Under the pieces are notes generated by a model. That model searched no databases. It was not told the DNA's origin and saw nothing but the letters and a program-made list of their open reading frames with translations. DNA of 64,000 bases from Candidatus Methylomirabilota bacterium (GTDB taxonomy: Bacteria; Methylomirabilota; Methylomirabilia; Rokubacteriales; CSP1-6). The position numbers and the translations under genes are program-made. The stretch spans positions 566-64,565 of the forward strand of contig DATGCY010000129.1 in assembly GCA_035311385.1 (NCBI GenBank). The letters are read 5' to 3'. Positions 47,225 to 56,308 of the stretch are shown here, one piece after another (the stretch's first letter is position 1; each line of letters opens with the position of its first letter).

Positions 47225-47975
47225 GGAGGCGAGCCTCGAAGTCCCGGAGGGCCAGCGCGTAGCGCGGCCCGGCGACCGTGACGAAGTCGTTGTGGTGCGC
47301 GCCGGGGACGGTCGCCAGCATCTTCGGCTCGGGCGCCAGATCGAAGAGCCGGCGGCCGTGCCAGACGGGCACGATCTCGTCGTCCTCCCCGTGCATGATC
47401 AGGACGGGGCAGGTCACGCGGCCGATCTTGGCCGAGTTGCGGAACTTGTCCACGGGAAAGAGCGAAACGCGGGTCATCACACGGAAGGCCGAGAGGAACG
47501 GGCTCTCGAGGACGAGGCCGCCGAGGCGTCGGTGGGCGGCCAGATCCACCGCGGCGCCAGCGCCCAGCGAGCGTCCGTAGGCGACGATGCGCTCCGGTCG
47601 CACCCGGAGCTCGCGCACCAGATGCTGGTAGGCCGCGTCGATATCGGCGTATACTCGCGCTTCCGATGGAGTCCCTTCGCTGCGCCCGTAGCCGCGATAG
47701 TCATAGGCAAACACGCTGAAACCCAGATCGCGCAGGCCGGCGAGCAGCGGCATCGTCGAACCCAGATCCTCGGCGTTGCCGTGGCTCAGCAGCAAGGTAT
47801 ACGTCGCCGAGGGGTTGATGAGGTAGACCGCGGCGATGCGCTGCCCGTCGCCCGTGGGTACCTTGAGGATTTCCGGCCCGTCGGGATAGCCGGGAGGCGG
47901 CGGCAGGAAGATGAGCCGGTCGGCGTAGAGCCACGCGCAGCCCCCCACCACCGCATAGACCACCGCAAGGGACAA
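47214..47975 (-). CDS. alpha/beta hydrolase (S33/ABHD-like) with N-terminal membrane anchor
   Basis: LLSHGNAEDLG oxyanion region, GRSLGAG nucleophile elbow, C-terminal His (GAHHNDF). TTG/CTG start. Overlaps the GGCT start by 11 nt. Confidence 0.8.
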   Translation of the reverse strand: MSLAVVYAVVGGCAWLYADRLIFLPPPPGYPDGPEILKVPTGDGQRIAAVYLINPSATYTLLLSHGNAEDLGSTMPLLAGLRDLGFSVFAYDYRGYGRSEGTPSEARVYADIDAAYQHLVRELRVRPERIVAYGRSLGAGAAVDLAAHRRLGGLVLESPFLSAFRVMTRVSLFPVDKFRNSAKIGRVTCPVLIMHGEDDEIVPVWHGRRLFDLAPEPKMLATVPGAHHNDFVTVAGPRYALALRDFEARLRGD

Positions 47976-48176
47976 GAGGGCACGGAGCAGGACGGCCCCG
48001 GCGATCAGCGCCGCTCAGGGCGCGGTGGTTTCGCGGGCCTTCGGCGGCTCCTCACGGGAGCACGCGGCATCGTTCCCTCAACCGAGACGGATGCCAAAAC
48101 GCGGCAAGACGAAGCGGAGAAGGACGACCCCGCCGACGAGGACGCCGATCACGATGACCGCGCCGAGTCCGTCCAT

Positions 48177-48830
48177 CTAGGTGCTCGCGCCGTCCGCGGC
48201 CTGGAGTACCGCTTTGACGAAGTCTTGCTCGGGGATGGCGCCCTCGAACTCGACGCGATCGTTGATCACGATCTTGGGTACCGCCATCACCTGATAGCGG
48301 CGGGACAGGTCGGGGAACTCGTTGGCCTCGACGCACTCTGAGCGGATCCGGTCCGAGGCGATCGACATGTGCTGCGCCAGGCGCACGGCCCGGGGGCAGT
48401 GCGGTCAGGTGGGGGTGGCGAAGACCTTGATGGTCACGTCCTGGGCGAGTCCAGCCAGCGCGGCCTTGCTCTCGTCCTTGAGCTGCGGCTCGCCTCGCGA
48501 CACCGCGATGATGGCGTCGATCAGATTGGAGAATTCATAGCCGGCCGGCACCCCCAGGAAGCGGATACCGTAGTCCTTGCTGCCCTCCACCGCCACCGCG
48601 GGGGTGACGGAGATCCCGTAGGCGGCCGTCTCGTCGCGCTCGATGTACGGATTGAGCACCTTGACGGTGATCTTGTCGGAGAGCGCGCCCACTTCCTTGA
48701 TCAGGGCCACCACCTGCGAGTTGTTCTCCGACCCCAACTCGGAGGCGAACACGCTGAGGGTCACGGGGCCGGTCAGCTTCTCGAACTCTTTCTGAACCGC
48801 CTGCTCGTCCTGTGTCGTGAGGAATCCCAT
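48177..48830 (-). CDS. thioredoxin-fold (glutaredoxin-like, two-domain) protein with an in-frame TGA replacing the first Cys of the CxxC motif: candidate selenoprotein (UxxC) or nonsense pseudogene
   Basis: Track ORFs 48405..48830 and 48177..48386 are in the same frame. They are separated only by TGA at 48405-48407. Read through gives ..KVFATPT-[TGA]-PHCPRAVRLAQHM.., the canonical Trx/Grx active-site context (..TPTCPHCP..). Confidence 0.55.
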
Positions 48831-48845
48831 GGCGTCAGTATAGCC

Positions 48846-50459
48846 TCAGGCGCGCGGCTTGCCGCGGACGATCTCGAGCATGGCCCGGTAGCCCGAGGGA
48901 TCGATACGGGCGTCGATCACGGCCGGTCCCCGCTCGCCCTGGGCAGCCACCAGGGCGGCAGTGAAGCCCGGCTCGTCCGTCACCGTCCGCGCCGCCACCC
49001 CGAAGGACCGGGCCAGCGCGGTTAGATCCGGGCCGGTATAGCGCATGGGGGCTCCCGTATAGCCGCGCTGCTCCTGCTTCACCTCGATGAGGGAGAGCGC
49101 AGCGTCGTCGAACACGATCACGGTGATGGGCAGGCGGAGCCTCGCCATCGTCTCGAGCTCGGAGGCAACCATCATGAAGCCGCCGTCACCCGTGAAGCCC
49201 AGCACGCGCTGCTCGGGGTAGAGGAGCTGGGCAGCGATAGCCGCGGGCACGGCAAAGCCCATGGTGGCGAGACCGTTCGAGATGAGGAACTCCCCGGGAC
49301 TGACCGCCTGCCAGTACTCCGCGGCGGGAAACATGTGCGCGCCCGCGTCCACGGTGGCGATGGTGCCGGCCGGCGTGTACTCGCGCGCGATCTGCACCAG
49401 GCGGTGCGGGGCAAGGCCGGGCACGGGGATCTCGAGCGCGCGCTGGCGCTCGCGACGCAGCCGGTCCACCTCGACCACGTCCCAGTCGGCGTGATGGCTC
49501 CGGAGACGCGGCGCGAGCTCCTCGAGGACGAGGCCGAGATCACCCACCAGCTCGAGGGCGGGGCTGAAATACCCCCCGGGGGACGGGGCACGGACCAGGC
49601 TCAGCACGGGCGCGGTGTAGCTCCAGGGCCTCGGAGTCAGCTCTACGGTGTCGAGGCCGAGAGCGATGATGAGGTCGGCGCGGCCGACCGCCGGCTCCTC
49701 GAGAGCGCCGTTCGTGAATACGCCGAGGGCGAGGGGATGCGGATCCGGGAGTGCGCCCTTGGCCTTGTAGGTCGCGAGGACAGGAGCGGGAAGCGCCTCC
49801 GAGAAGGCCCGTAGCCACTTCGCATCGGCGCCTCGACACTGGAGACCGACCAGCACCACGGGCCGCTTCGCGCCTTTGATCATGACCGCCGCGGCGTCGA
49901 GATCCATGGACGCCGGAGTGGGCGCCGCCGCGGGCATCACGTTTGCCGCGAGGGGCACGGCGGCTCGAGCCGCCACATCGGCGGGAAGATCGAGATGGAC
50001 GGGCCCCCGCGGCTCCGCCAGGGCGAGCTGGACGGCGTGAGCGGTCCAGTGGCTCGCCGAATCCGCGCTGACGGTGACGCTGCCCTTCACGACGGGCGCG
50101 AGCATGGCGGCGTGGTCGAAGGCCTGATGCGTGGTGTAACCGAGGGCCGAGGCCGGATGACGGTCAGAGAGATAGATCACCGGGCTCCGGTCGAGGAAGG
50201 CATGGGCCAGGCCGGTGACGCTGGCACTCACTCCGGGTCCGAGCGTGGAGAGCACGGCGCCCGGCACTCCCGTGAGCTCACCGGTGACCGCGGCCATGAT
50301 GCAGGCCGCGCTCTCCTGATGGCAGAGCACGAAGGGCAGACCGGCCGTCCGCGCCGCTTCGAGGAGCTCGAGATTGGAGCCACCACCGGGCACACCGAAG
50401 ATCCGCGACACGCCGGCCCGGCGGAGACCATCGACGAGGACGTCGGCGACGGTGGGCAT
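48846..50459 (-). CDS. thiamine-pyrophosphate-dependent enzyme (acetolactate synthase / benzoylformate decarboxylase / Xsc-like family)
   Basis: 537 aa. N-terminal PYR domain (GVSRIFGVPGGG..CHQESAA). C-terminal TPP-binding GDGGFMM...N motif. Confidence 0.85.
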   Translation of the reverse strand: MPTVADVLVDGLRRAGVSRIFGVPGGGSNLELLEAARTAGLPFVLCHQESAACIMAAVTGELTGVPGAVLSTLGPGVSASVTGLAHAFLDRSPVIYLSDRHPASALGYTTHQAFDHAAMLAPVVKGSVTVSADSASHWTAHAVQLALAEPRGPVHLDLPADVAARAAVPLAANVMPAAAPTPASMDLDAAAVMIKGAKRPVVLVGLQCRGADAKWLRAFSEALPAPVLATYKAKGALPDPHPLALGVFTNGALEEPAVGRADLIIALGLDTVELTPRPWSYTAPVLSLVRAPSPGGYFSPALELVGDLGLVLEELAPRLRSHHADWDVVEVDRLRRERQRALEIPVPGLAPHRLVQIAREYTPAGTIATVDAGAHMFPAAEYWQAVSPGEFLISNGLATMGFAVPAAIAAQLLYPEQRVLGFTGDGGFMMVASELETMARLRLPITVIVFDDAALSLIEVKQEQRGYTGAPMRYTGPDLTALARSFGVAARTVTDEPGFTAALVAAQGERGPAVIDARIDPSGYRAMLEIVRGKPRA

Positions 50460-50875
50460 CAGGACGCGGGCAGGATCACGGTGGCGGTGGCGGGCACCGT
50501 CACCTCGCCCCCGTTCTCGATCCAGAGCTCGAGATCCACCCGGTCGGGCGCGATGGTCTTCCGCACACGACCGCGAACGGCGATGGTTTCCCCGAGGAAG
50601 TTGGGGCGCCGCATCTGGAAGCTGAGCGCGCGCAGGAACCCGTCGGCCCCCATCCAGTCCGTGACGATGCGGCAGAGACAGCCACGGAGGAACGCGGTAT
50701 TGGCGAAGATGTCGCGATGGCCGCCCTGCCGGGCAAACTCCGGATCGTGGTGGACCGGGTAGAAGTCCTGGGTCCCCGAGACCTGCGCCACCATGCGCGT
50801 CATGGTCAGCTCGAGGGAAAAGCCCTTGAGCTCCTCACCCGCCCGCACCTGGCTCCAGCAGAGCCCCGCCGTCAC
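50459..50875 (-). CDS. MaoC-like (R)-specific enoyl-CoA hydratase hotdog-fold protein
   Basis: 138 aa. Hydratase motif region DFYPVHHDPEFA. 1-nt overlap with the downstream TPP enzyme start. Confidence 0.8.
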   Translation of the reverse strand: MTAGLCWSQVRAGEELKGFSLELTMTRMVAQVSGTQDFYPVHHDPEFARQGGHRDIFANTAFLRGCLCRIVTDWMGADGFLRALSFQMRRPNFLGETIAVRGRVRKTIAPDRVDLELWIENGGEVTVPATATVILPAS

Positions 50876-51369
50876 GCCCGGCTCGTCCCCGCGGCGATTT
50901 CCTCGGGGGTGCGGTGGACCAGAATCTGGTTGGTGCGGCGGGCGACCAGCTCGTCACGCTGATTGACGATGCTCGTCTCCGTGCGGATCCACACGGAGAG
51001 CGGATCGAGGCGCGTGCCCCGCTGGTGGATGGCCACCACCTTGTGGCTCGCTCCCAGCCGGTCCCCGACCTTCACGGGCCGGAACCACTCGAACTCCTGG
51101 TTGAGGTTGATGAGGCGGTCGCCCGGGGTGGGAATGGCGCGGATCACGGGGAAGATATCGTAGTCGGCGGGAGGATATGGCCCGAGCGAGGCAAAGTAGT
51201 CCACCATCACGGGCGGGCAGTGCCCCTCCTCGAGGAAGCGCGGGTTCTCGTCCTCCAGCATGTGGCAGTGACGGCGGATCGGCTCGTGCTCCACGGGATA
51301 CCGGCCCCACTGCCGCGGGGTCTCGTATCCCTCCCACTGGCGTTTCACCGCCTTTACGTCGTACGCCAC
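50872..51369 (-). CDS. MaoC N-terminal-like hotdog-fold protein (non-catalytic partner of a HadAB-type hydratase pair)
   Basis: 165 aa, hotdog composition. ATGA-type 4-nt overlap with the MaoC gene. Confidence 0.7.
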   Translation of the reverse strand: MAYDVKAVKRQWEGYETPRQWGRYPVEHEPIRRHCHMLEDENPRFLEEGHCPPVMVDYFASLGPYPPADYDIFPVIRAIPTPGDRLINLNQEFEWFRPVKVGDRLGASHKVVAIHQRGTRLDPLSVWIRTETSIVNQRDELVARRTNQILVHRTPEEIAAGTSRA

Positions 51370-51376
51370 GGACGAG

Positions 51377-52546
51377 CTAGCCGGAGAGGCGAGTGAGGAC
51401 GGGCCGCATCCAGCTGAGGGCCTTGGTGATGTTGGCCTCGGAGTTGGCGTAGGAGAGGCGGAGATAGCCCTCGCCGAACTGGCCGAAGGCGGTGCCCCCG
51501 AGCACGGCGACCCCGCCCTCCTTGAGCATGGCTTCCGCCACCTGGCCGGACGGCTTGCCCAGCGCCTTGATGTTGGGGAACACGTAGAAGGCGCCCTTGG
51601 GCGTGCGGCAGCTCACCCCGGGCAAGGCGTTGAGCCCCGCCACGATGAGGTCACGCCGGCGCTTGAACTCGGCGACCATCTGGCGCACCGGCAGCTGGTC
51701 GCCCTGCAGCGCGGCGATGCCCGCCCACTGCGTAAAGGAGGCGGTGCACGAGTTCGAGTTGACCATGAGCCGCGTCACGTGCTCGGCGAGCGGGATGGGC
51801 ATCACGCCGTAGCCCATGCGCCAGCCCGTCATGGCGTAGGCCTTGGAGAAGCCATCCAGGATGATGGCGAGATCGCGCATGCCGGGGAAGCGCGTGATGG
51901 AGACGAACTCGCCCTCGTACAAGAAGGCCTTGTAGATTTCGTCGGTGAGCACGGGGATCTTGTAGTGGACGGCCAACTCCGCGATGCGCCCGAGCTGGTC
52001 GGTGCCCAGCACACCCCCCGTGGGATTCTGCGGCGAGTTGATGATGATGAGCTTCGTCTTGGTCGACACCGCCTTCTCGAAGGCCGCCATGTCGAAGCCG
52101 AAGTCGCTCTCTTCTCGCAGCGGGATGGGCACGGGCTTGCCGCCCACGAAATTGATCACCGACTCGTAGATGGGGAAGCCGGGATTGGGATAGATCACCT
52201 CGTCGCCTGGATTCACGAGGGCGGTGATCACGAAGTACATGATGGGCTTGGCCCCCGGCGTCACCACGATCTCCTCGGGGGAGACGGGAATGTTGCGGGT
52301 CGCCCCCACGTCCTTGGCCACGGCTTCGCGCAGCTCGGGCAAGCCAGCGGCGGGGCCGTAGTGCGTGGCGCCCTCGTCGAGGGCTTGCTTGCCCGCCTCG
52401 CGGATGTGCTTCGGCGTGTCGAAGTCGGGTTCGCCGATCTCGAGGTGGATGATCTCCCGTCCCTGCCGCTCCAAGGCCTTGGCGCGGGCCAGCACCTCGA
52501 AGGCGGATTCGGTTCCCAGACGTGACATGCGCTCGGCGAAGTTCAT
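51377..52546 (-). CDS. class I/II (aspartate/aromatic) aminotransferase, PLP-dependent
   Basis: ATG 52546 gives MNFAERMSRLGTESAFEVLARA..NSPQNPTGG..FSKAYAMTGWRMGY (PLP-Lys). The track's N-terminal extension is artefact. Confidence 0.85.
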   Translation of the reverse strand: MNFAERMSRLGTESAFEVLARAKALERQGREIIHLEIGEPDFDTPKHIREAGKQALDEGATHYGPAAGLPELREAVAKDVGATRNIPVSPEEIVVTPGAKPIMYFVITALVNPGDEVIYPNPGFPIYESVINFVGGKPVPIPLREESDFGFDMAAFEKAVSTKTKLIIINSPQNPTGGVLGTDQLGRIAELAVHYKIPVLTDEIYKAFLYEGEFVSITRFPGMRDLAIILDGFSKAYAMTGWRMGYGVMPIPLAEHVTRLMVNSNSCTASFTQWAGIAALQGDQLPVRQMVAEFKRRRDLIVAGLNALPGVSCRTPKGAFYVFPNIKALGKPSGQVAEAMLKEGGVAVLGGTAFGQFGEGYLRLSYANSEANITKALSWMRPVLTRLSG

Positions 52547-52561
52547 GGTGGCGCCGATTAT

Positions 52562-53240
52562 ACTCGACGCCATGGAGCTCGTGGAAATCGCCGCGGGCTG
52601 GTTCTGGATGGGTTGGAGCGAGGGACATCCGGGGGAGCGGCCTCGGCATCGCGTGTGGATCGACACCTTCGAGATCGCACGGAGCCCCGTCACCAACCAC
52701 GAATACGCGCGCTTCCTCAACGCCACGGGGATGTCCCCACCGCCGTGGTGGAGCGATCGCCGCTTCGCCGACCCGCAGCAGCCCGTGGTCGGCGTCAACT
52801 GGTTCGAGGCGGTGGGCTACTGCGAGTGGCTGTCGACAATCGACGGGCCGCATCGTCTCCCCACCGAGGCGGAGTGGGAAAAGGCCGCGCGCGGCGGCCT
52901 CAACGATGCGCGCTACCCATGGGGCAGCGAGCGGCCTGATATCGCCCAGGTCGATCGGCCGCCACGGGTCACGGAGACGCTGGCCAACCCTCTCGGGCTG
53001 CTCGGCCTCTCCGGCGTCTGCCACGAGTGGTGCCTCGACTGGGAGAATGAAGCGTACTACGCGGCGTCGCCGGAGCGGAACCCCACGGGCCCCCCGCACG
53101 GCTCACGTCGTGTCTCCCGCGGTGGAGCGTGGCGGCACCAGGACATGTGGAGCCCCGTGGCGCACCGCTCATCCCTGCCCCCTGCCCTGCGCTACTCGGA
53201 CTATGGGCTGCGCGTGGTCCGGGACCGATCGCTCGGCTGA
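52562..53240 (+). CDS. formylglycine-generating-enzyme (SUMF1/FGE-sulfatase domain) family protein
   Basis: 226 aa. WFWMGW, PVTNHEYARF, PTEAEWEKAARGG, GNVWEW-like (GVCHEWCLD) and C-terminal RGGAW motifs. Divergent from the aminotransferase with only about 15 bp between the starts. Confidence 0.8.
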
Positions 53241-53264
53241 CCGCGCCGCCGCATCGCCCGCGGC

Positions 53265-53659
53265 GGTATTGTCACAGATGCGCGACGGCCTCGATCTCGA
53301 CGAGGGCACCCGCGGGCAGCTTGGCCGCCTGCACGGTGGACCGCGCGGGCGGCTCGCTCCCCGCGTGGCGCTGGTAAACCTCGTTCATCTCCGCGAAGTC
53401 CTCCATGCGCGAGGAACACCGTGGTCTTCACGAGCCGATCGAGCCCGCTCCCCGCCGCTTCCAAGATAGCGCGGAGATTCGCGAAGATCTGCTCGGTCTG
53501 CTCGCCGACGGTAGCGCCGGTCAGCGCCGTTGCTCCGGGCTTGAGGGCGATCTGGCCGGACACGAAGACGAGGCTGTCCACCTTGATCGCCTGCGAGTAC
53601 GGCGCGCCCTGGAGCGGGGCGGGCGCCTTGTCGGTCCGCACGACGAGCTTCTTGGGCAT
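53265..53659 (-). pseudogene. RidA/YjgF-family protein interrupted by a frameshift near 53398
   Basis: N-terminal part MPKKLVVRTDKAPAPLQGAPYSQAI..TTVFLA in one frame. Canonical C-terminus MEDFAEMNEVYQRHAGSEPPARSTVQAAKLPAGALVEIEAVAHL* in the +1 frame (gcg-c-atg junction). GAGAGGAGAG SD before ATG 53659. Confidence 0.6.
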
Positions 53660-53690
53660 CACGCTCTCCTCTCGATGAATGCTCACGAGG

Positions 53691-54152
53691 TCACGGCAAT
53701 TCCCCGGCCGGCGCGCCACCAAGCTCGACGGCAAGGGCGTGCAGATCACGAAGCTGCTCCTCCGCCTGCGAGATCGCGTGGTCGAGCAGCGCATGTCCCG
53801 TCTGCGGTCCCCGGCCCGTCTCGATCACACGGGTGAACTCCGCGGCGCCCGCGCCCTCGAACCATCCCGCGATCCGGCCGCGCACGAGGGCGCCGTAGCG
53901 CGCCACGGCGGGTCCATCCACCAGATCGGGCGGCGCGCTCTCGCGGAGCCATGCCTCGGGGCGTTCGCCCATGTCCATCCCATCGACGTAGGCCAGCGCC
54001 CACCGGAAGAGACGAAAGGCGAGATCGCGCACGCATCCTCCACGCGAGGGAAGCGGGCGGTCGAGGGCCCGGATGGGCAGCCTCGCCACCAGCGCCTCCC
54101 CCTGGGCGAGCAGCGTGTCGAGGCGAGCGCCCAGCTCGCGAGGCGATGGCAT
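53691..54152 (-). CDS. hypothetical protein, possibly DinB/YfiT-like four-helix-bundle metal-dependent protein
   Basis: 153 aa. Helical with spaced His residues (HALLDHAISQAEEQLRDLH). Weak assignment. Confidence 0.35.
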   Translation of the reverse strand: MPSPRELGARLDTLLAQGEALVARLPIRALDRPLPSRGGCVRDLAFRLFRWALAYVDGMDMGERPEAWLRESAPPDLVDGPAVARYGALVRGRIAGWFEGAGAAEFTRVIETGRGPQTGHALLDHAISQAEEQLRDLHALAVELGGAPAGELP

Positions 54153-54156
54153 GAGG

Positions 54157-55584
54157 CTAGCGAACGCTCAGGAAGAGATGCAGGGCGCCGCGATCGGCCA
54201 CCACGAGGTCGAGCAGCCCGTCACCGTCGAGATCATCGATGAGGAGATTCGACTGCATGGGGCCCGCAAGCTGGAGCGCCCATTGCTCTTCCCAGCGCCC
54301 GTTCGACAGCTCGAGCGCGGCGAGGACATCGCGGCTCTGGCGAGGGAGGATCACGGCAAGCCGTCCATGGCCGCTCAGGTCGGCGATCACCGCCTGATCT
54401 TCGTTGCGTGATCCAAGGGCGTGGGAGGAGTAGCCGAGGGCTTTGGCCATCGGGACGAGCGCGGCGGCCCGCCGCTCGTAGGCCACGAGCACGCCCGCGA
54501 CGTGCGGGGTGTTCGTCACGATGAGCTCAGGCACCTGATCTCCCGTCACGTCGGCGGCGCCGATGACGTGCACCCATCGATTGCTCTGTCCAAGCGCCGG
54601 TCCCTCCGCCAGCGTGTCGAGCCCACCCTCGCGCCAGCCGAGCACGAGCACGGACGAGCCTTGGCGGGCCGCGCTCTTGACCATCACCAGCGCCGCCCGG
54701 GTTCCTTCCCCGATGGGGGCGAACACGGGGATGAGGTCTTCGATGACCGCGGGTGGCTTGACCACGTAGCGGAAGCGGATGGCTAGGACATTCGCGGCGA
54801 CGTCGATCACCGTCACCGACGCGGCTTCCACCTTGTCGCCGAGGGCGCCGTGCCGGTAGCGCTCGGTGCCCTCGGAGAGCACGACAGCCTGAACGGGCGT
54901 GGCCCCGTCGAGACTGCCCACGGTGATACGTGCGTCGGGGAGCGCCCGGGCATCCACTCGCGCGACGACGCGCGGACCGGAGGGCAAGCCGCCGATGAGC
55001 AGCACGGCGCCGTCGGCGGCCACCGCGAGCAGATCGTCCCAGGACTTGCCCTCGAGGCTGATGGGCACGGGGAAGGTCAGACGGGACAACGGGCTTCCCA
55101 CGTCGAAGGCGCGTAGCACGCCCTCGCTCCACACGAGAAGGCGCCCCTCGGGCGACACGGCGAGCACGGCCCACTGCCCCTTGCCGAGGGCGGCCACGGC
55201 GGGTGGCCCCTCCGCGCTCGCCACCTCGCCGTAGCGCCCGAGGACCTGAAGCTCGGCCGGGGTGATCTTGAAGATCCAGAGCGTGCCGGCGGCGTCGATG
55301 GCGGCAAGCCGCTTCGGAGGCAGCGAGACGACCCAGCGAAACGGCACGTCGCCGGCGGCGGAGAGCACGACGAGCCTCGGAAAGGTGCCGCGCCCGGAAA
55401 CGACCCGGTTGGCGCCCACCGCGCCGAAGGTGAGCGGGCCCGCGAAGGCGGGAGCGACGAGGGCCGCGACCACGAGCGCCGCGGCGAGGAGTCGCGCGAT
55501 CGCCCTCCTAGCGGCCGTGGAAGAGCACCGGCTGCTTCTTGGCGAACGCCGCCACACCGTTCTTGAAGTCTTCCGTGTGGCCAC
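54157..55584 (-). CDS. secreted FG-GAP/VCBS-repeat (beta-propeller) protein; start uncertain
   Basis: Signal or Tat-like N-region (..AARRAIARLLAAALVVAALVAPAFA). Repeats with DxDGDG-like motifs (IDDLDGDGLLDLVVAD). The ATG-55584 model overlaps the upstream gene by 76 nt. Confidence 0.6.
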   Translation of the reverse strand: MATRKTSRTVWRRSPRSSRCSSTAARRAIARLLAAALVVAALVAPAFAGPLTFGAVGANRVVSGRGTFPRLVVLSAAGDVPFRWVVSLPPKRLAAIDAAGTLWIFKITPAELQVLGRYGEVASAEGPPAVAALGKGQWAVLAVSPEGRLLVWSEGVLRAFDVGSPLSRLTFPVPISLEGKSWDDLLAVAADGAVLLIGGLPSGPRVVARVDARALPDARITVGSLDGATPVQAVVLSEGTERYRHGALGDKVEAASVTVIDVAANVLAIRFRYVVKPPAVIEDLIPVFAPIGEGTRAALVMVKSAARQGSSVLVLGWREGGLDTLAEGPALGQSNRWVHVIGAADVTGDQVPELIVTNTPHVAGVLVAYERRAAALVPMAKALGYSSHALGSRNEDQAVIADLSGHGRLAVILPRQSRDVLAALELSNGRWEEQWALQLAGPMQSNLLIDDLDGDGLLDLVVADRGALHLFLSVR

Positions 55585-56296
55585 TGGCCGCGATGGCCTG
55601 CGCTTCGAGCTCCATCTGCGTCTCGAGGCTTTCGTGCGTGGACTGGTGGAAGAGGAGCTTGGCCTTGCCGAAGGCCAGTGTCGGTCCCTGGGCGAGCTCC
55701 CGGGCCAGGGCGGTCACCGCTCCCGGGAACTCCGCGTCGGGATGGACCCGGTTCACCAGCCCCCAGTCCATTGCCTCGCGGGCGGACAGCACGCGGTTCG
55801 TGTAGTGCAGCTCCAGCGCGCGGCGGAGCCCGATCAAGCGCGGCAGAAAATACGACGAGGAACCGTCGGGGGAGGCCGCGATCTTCGAGTAGGCCATGGT
55901 GAAGCGCGCCGACTCCGCCGCGACCACGAGGTCGCCCGCGAGGGCGAGGCTCATCCCGCCTCCCGCGGCCACCCCGTTGACCGCCATGATTACGGGCTTC
56001 TGGGTGCGGCTGAGGCGCGAGACGGCGCCGTGCAGATAGGTGGTGAGCTCCTTGATGACGATGCCGATGCGGTCGGCGTTGTCGTTGAAATCCTTGACGT
56101 CGCCGCCCGCGCAGAAGGCTTTCCCCGCCCCCGTGAGGACGATGCAGCGCGCGGCGCGGTCCTCATCGGCCTCGAGGGTGGCACGGAAGAGCTCGCCCCC
56201 CAGAGTGAGGTTGAGCGCGTTGTAGGCGTCGGGACGATTCAGGGTGATGGTGGCGACACCGTCCTTGACCTCGTAACGAATCGTCTCGTAGCCCAT
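55508..56296 (-). CDS. enoyl-CoA hydratase/isomerase (crotonase) family protein
   Basis: 262 aa. Crotonase oxyanion motifs (VLTGAGKAFCAGGD; AVNGVAAGGG). Confidence 0.85.
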   Translation of the reverse strand: MGYETIRYEVKDGVATITLNRPDAYNALNLTLGGELFRATLEADEDRAARCIVLTGAGKAFCAGGDVKDFNDNADRIGIVIKELTTYLHGAVSRLSRTQKPVIMAVNGVAAGGGMSLALAGDLVVAAESARFTMAYSKIAASPDGSSSYFLPRLIGLRRALELHYTNRVLSAREAMDWGLVNRVHPDAEFPGAVTALARELAQGPTLAFGKAKLLFHQSTHESLETQMELEAQAIAASGHTEDFKNGVAAFAKKQPVLFHGR

Positions 56297-56308
56297 GCCC
56301 TCTCCTTC

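Noticed and set aside
55495-55510. Internal AGGAGG + ATC as alternative start of the FG-GAP protein, which looked like a recurring SD + non-canonical-start pattern
   Set aside because: Only 3 nt separate the SD and the ATC. An upstream ATG (55584) gives a plausible Tat- or Sec-type N-region. So I do not claim a general ATC-start pattern from this case.
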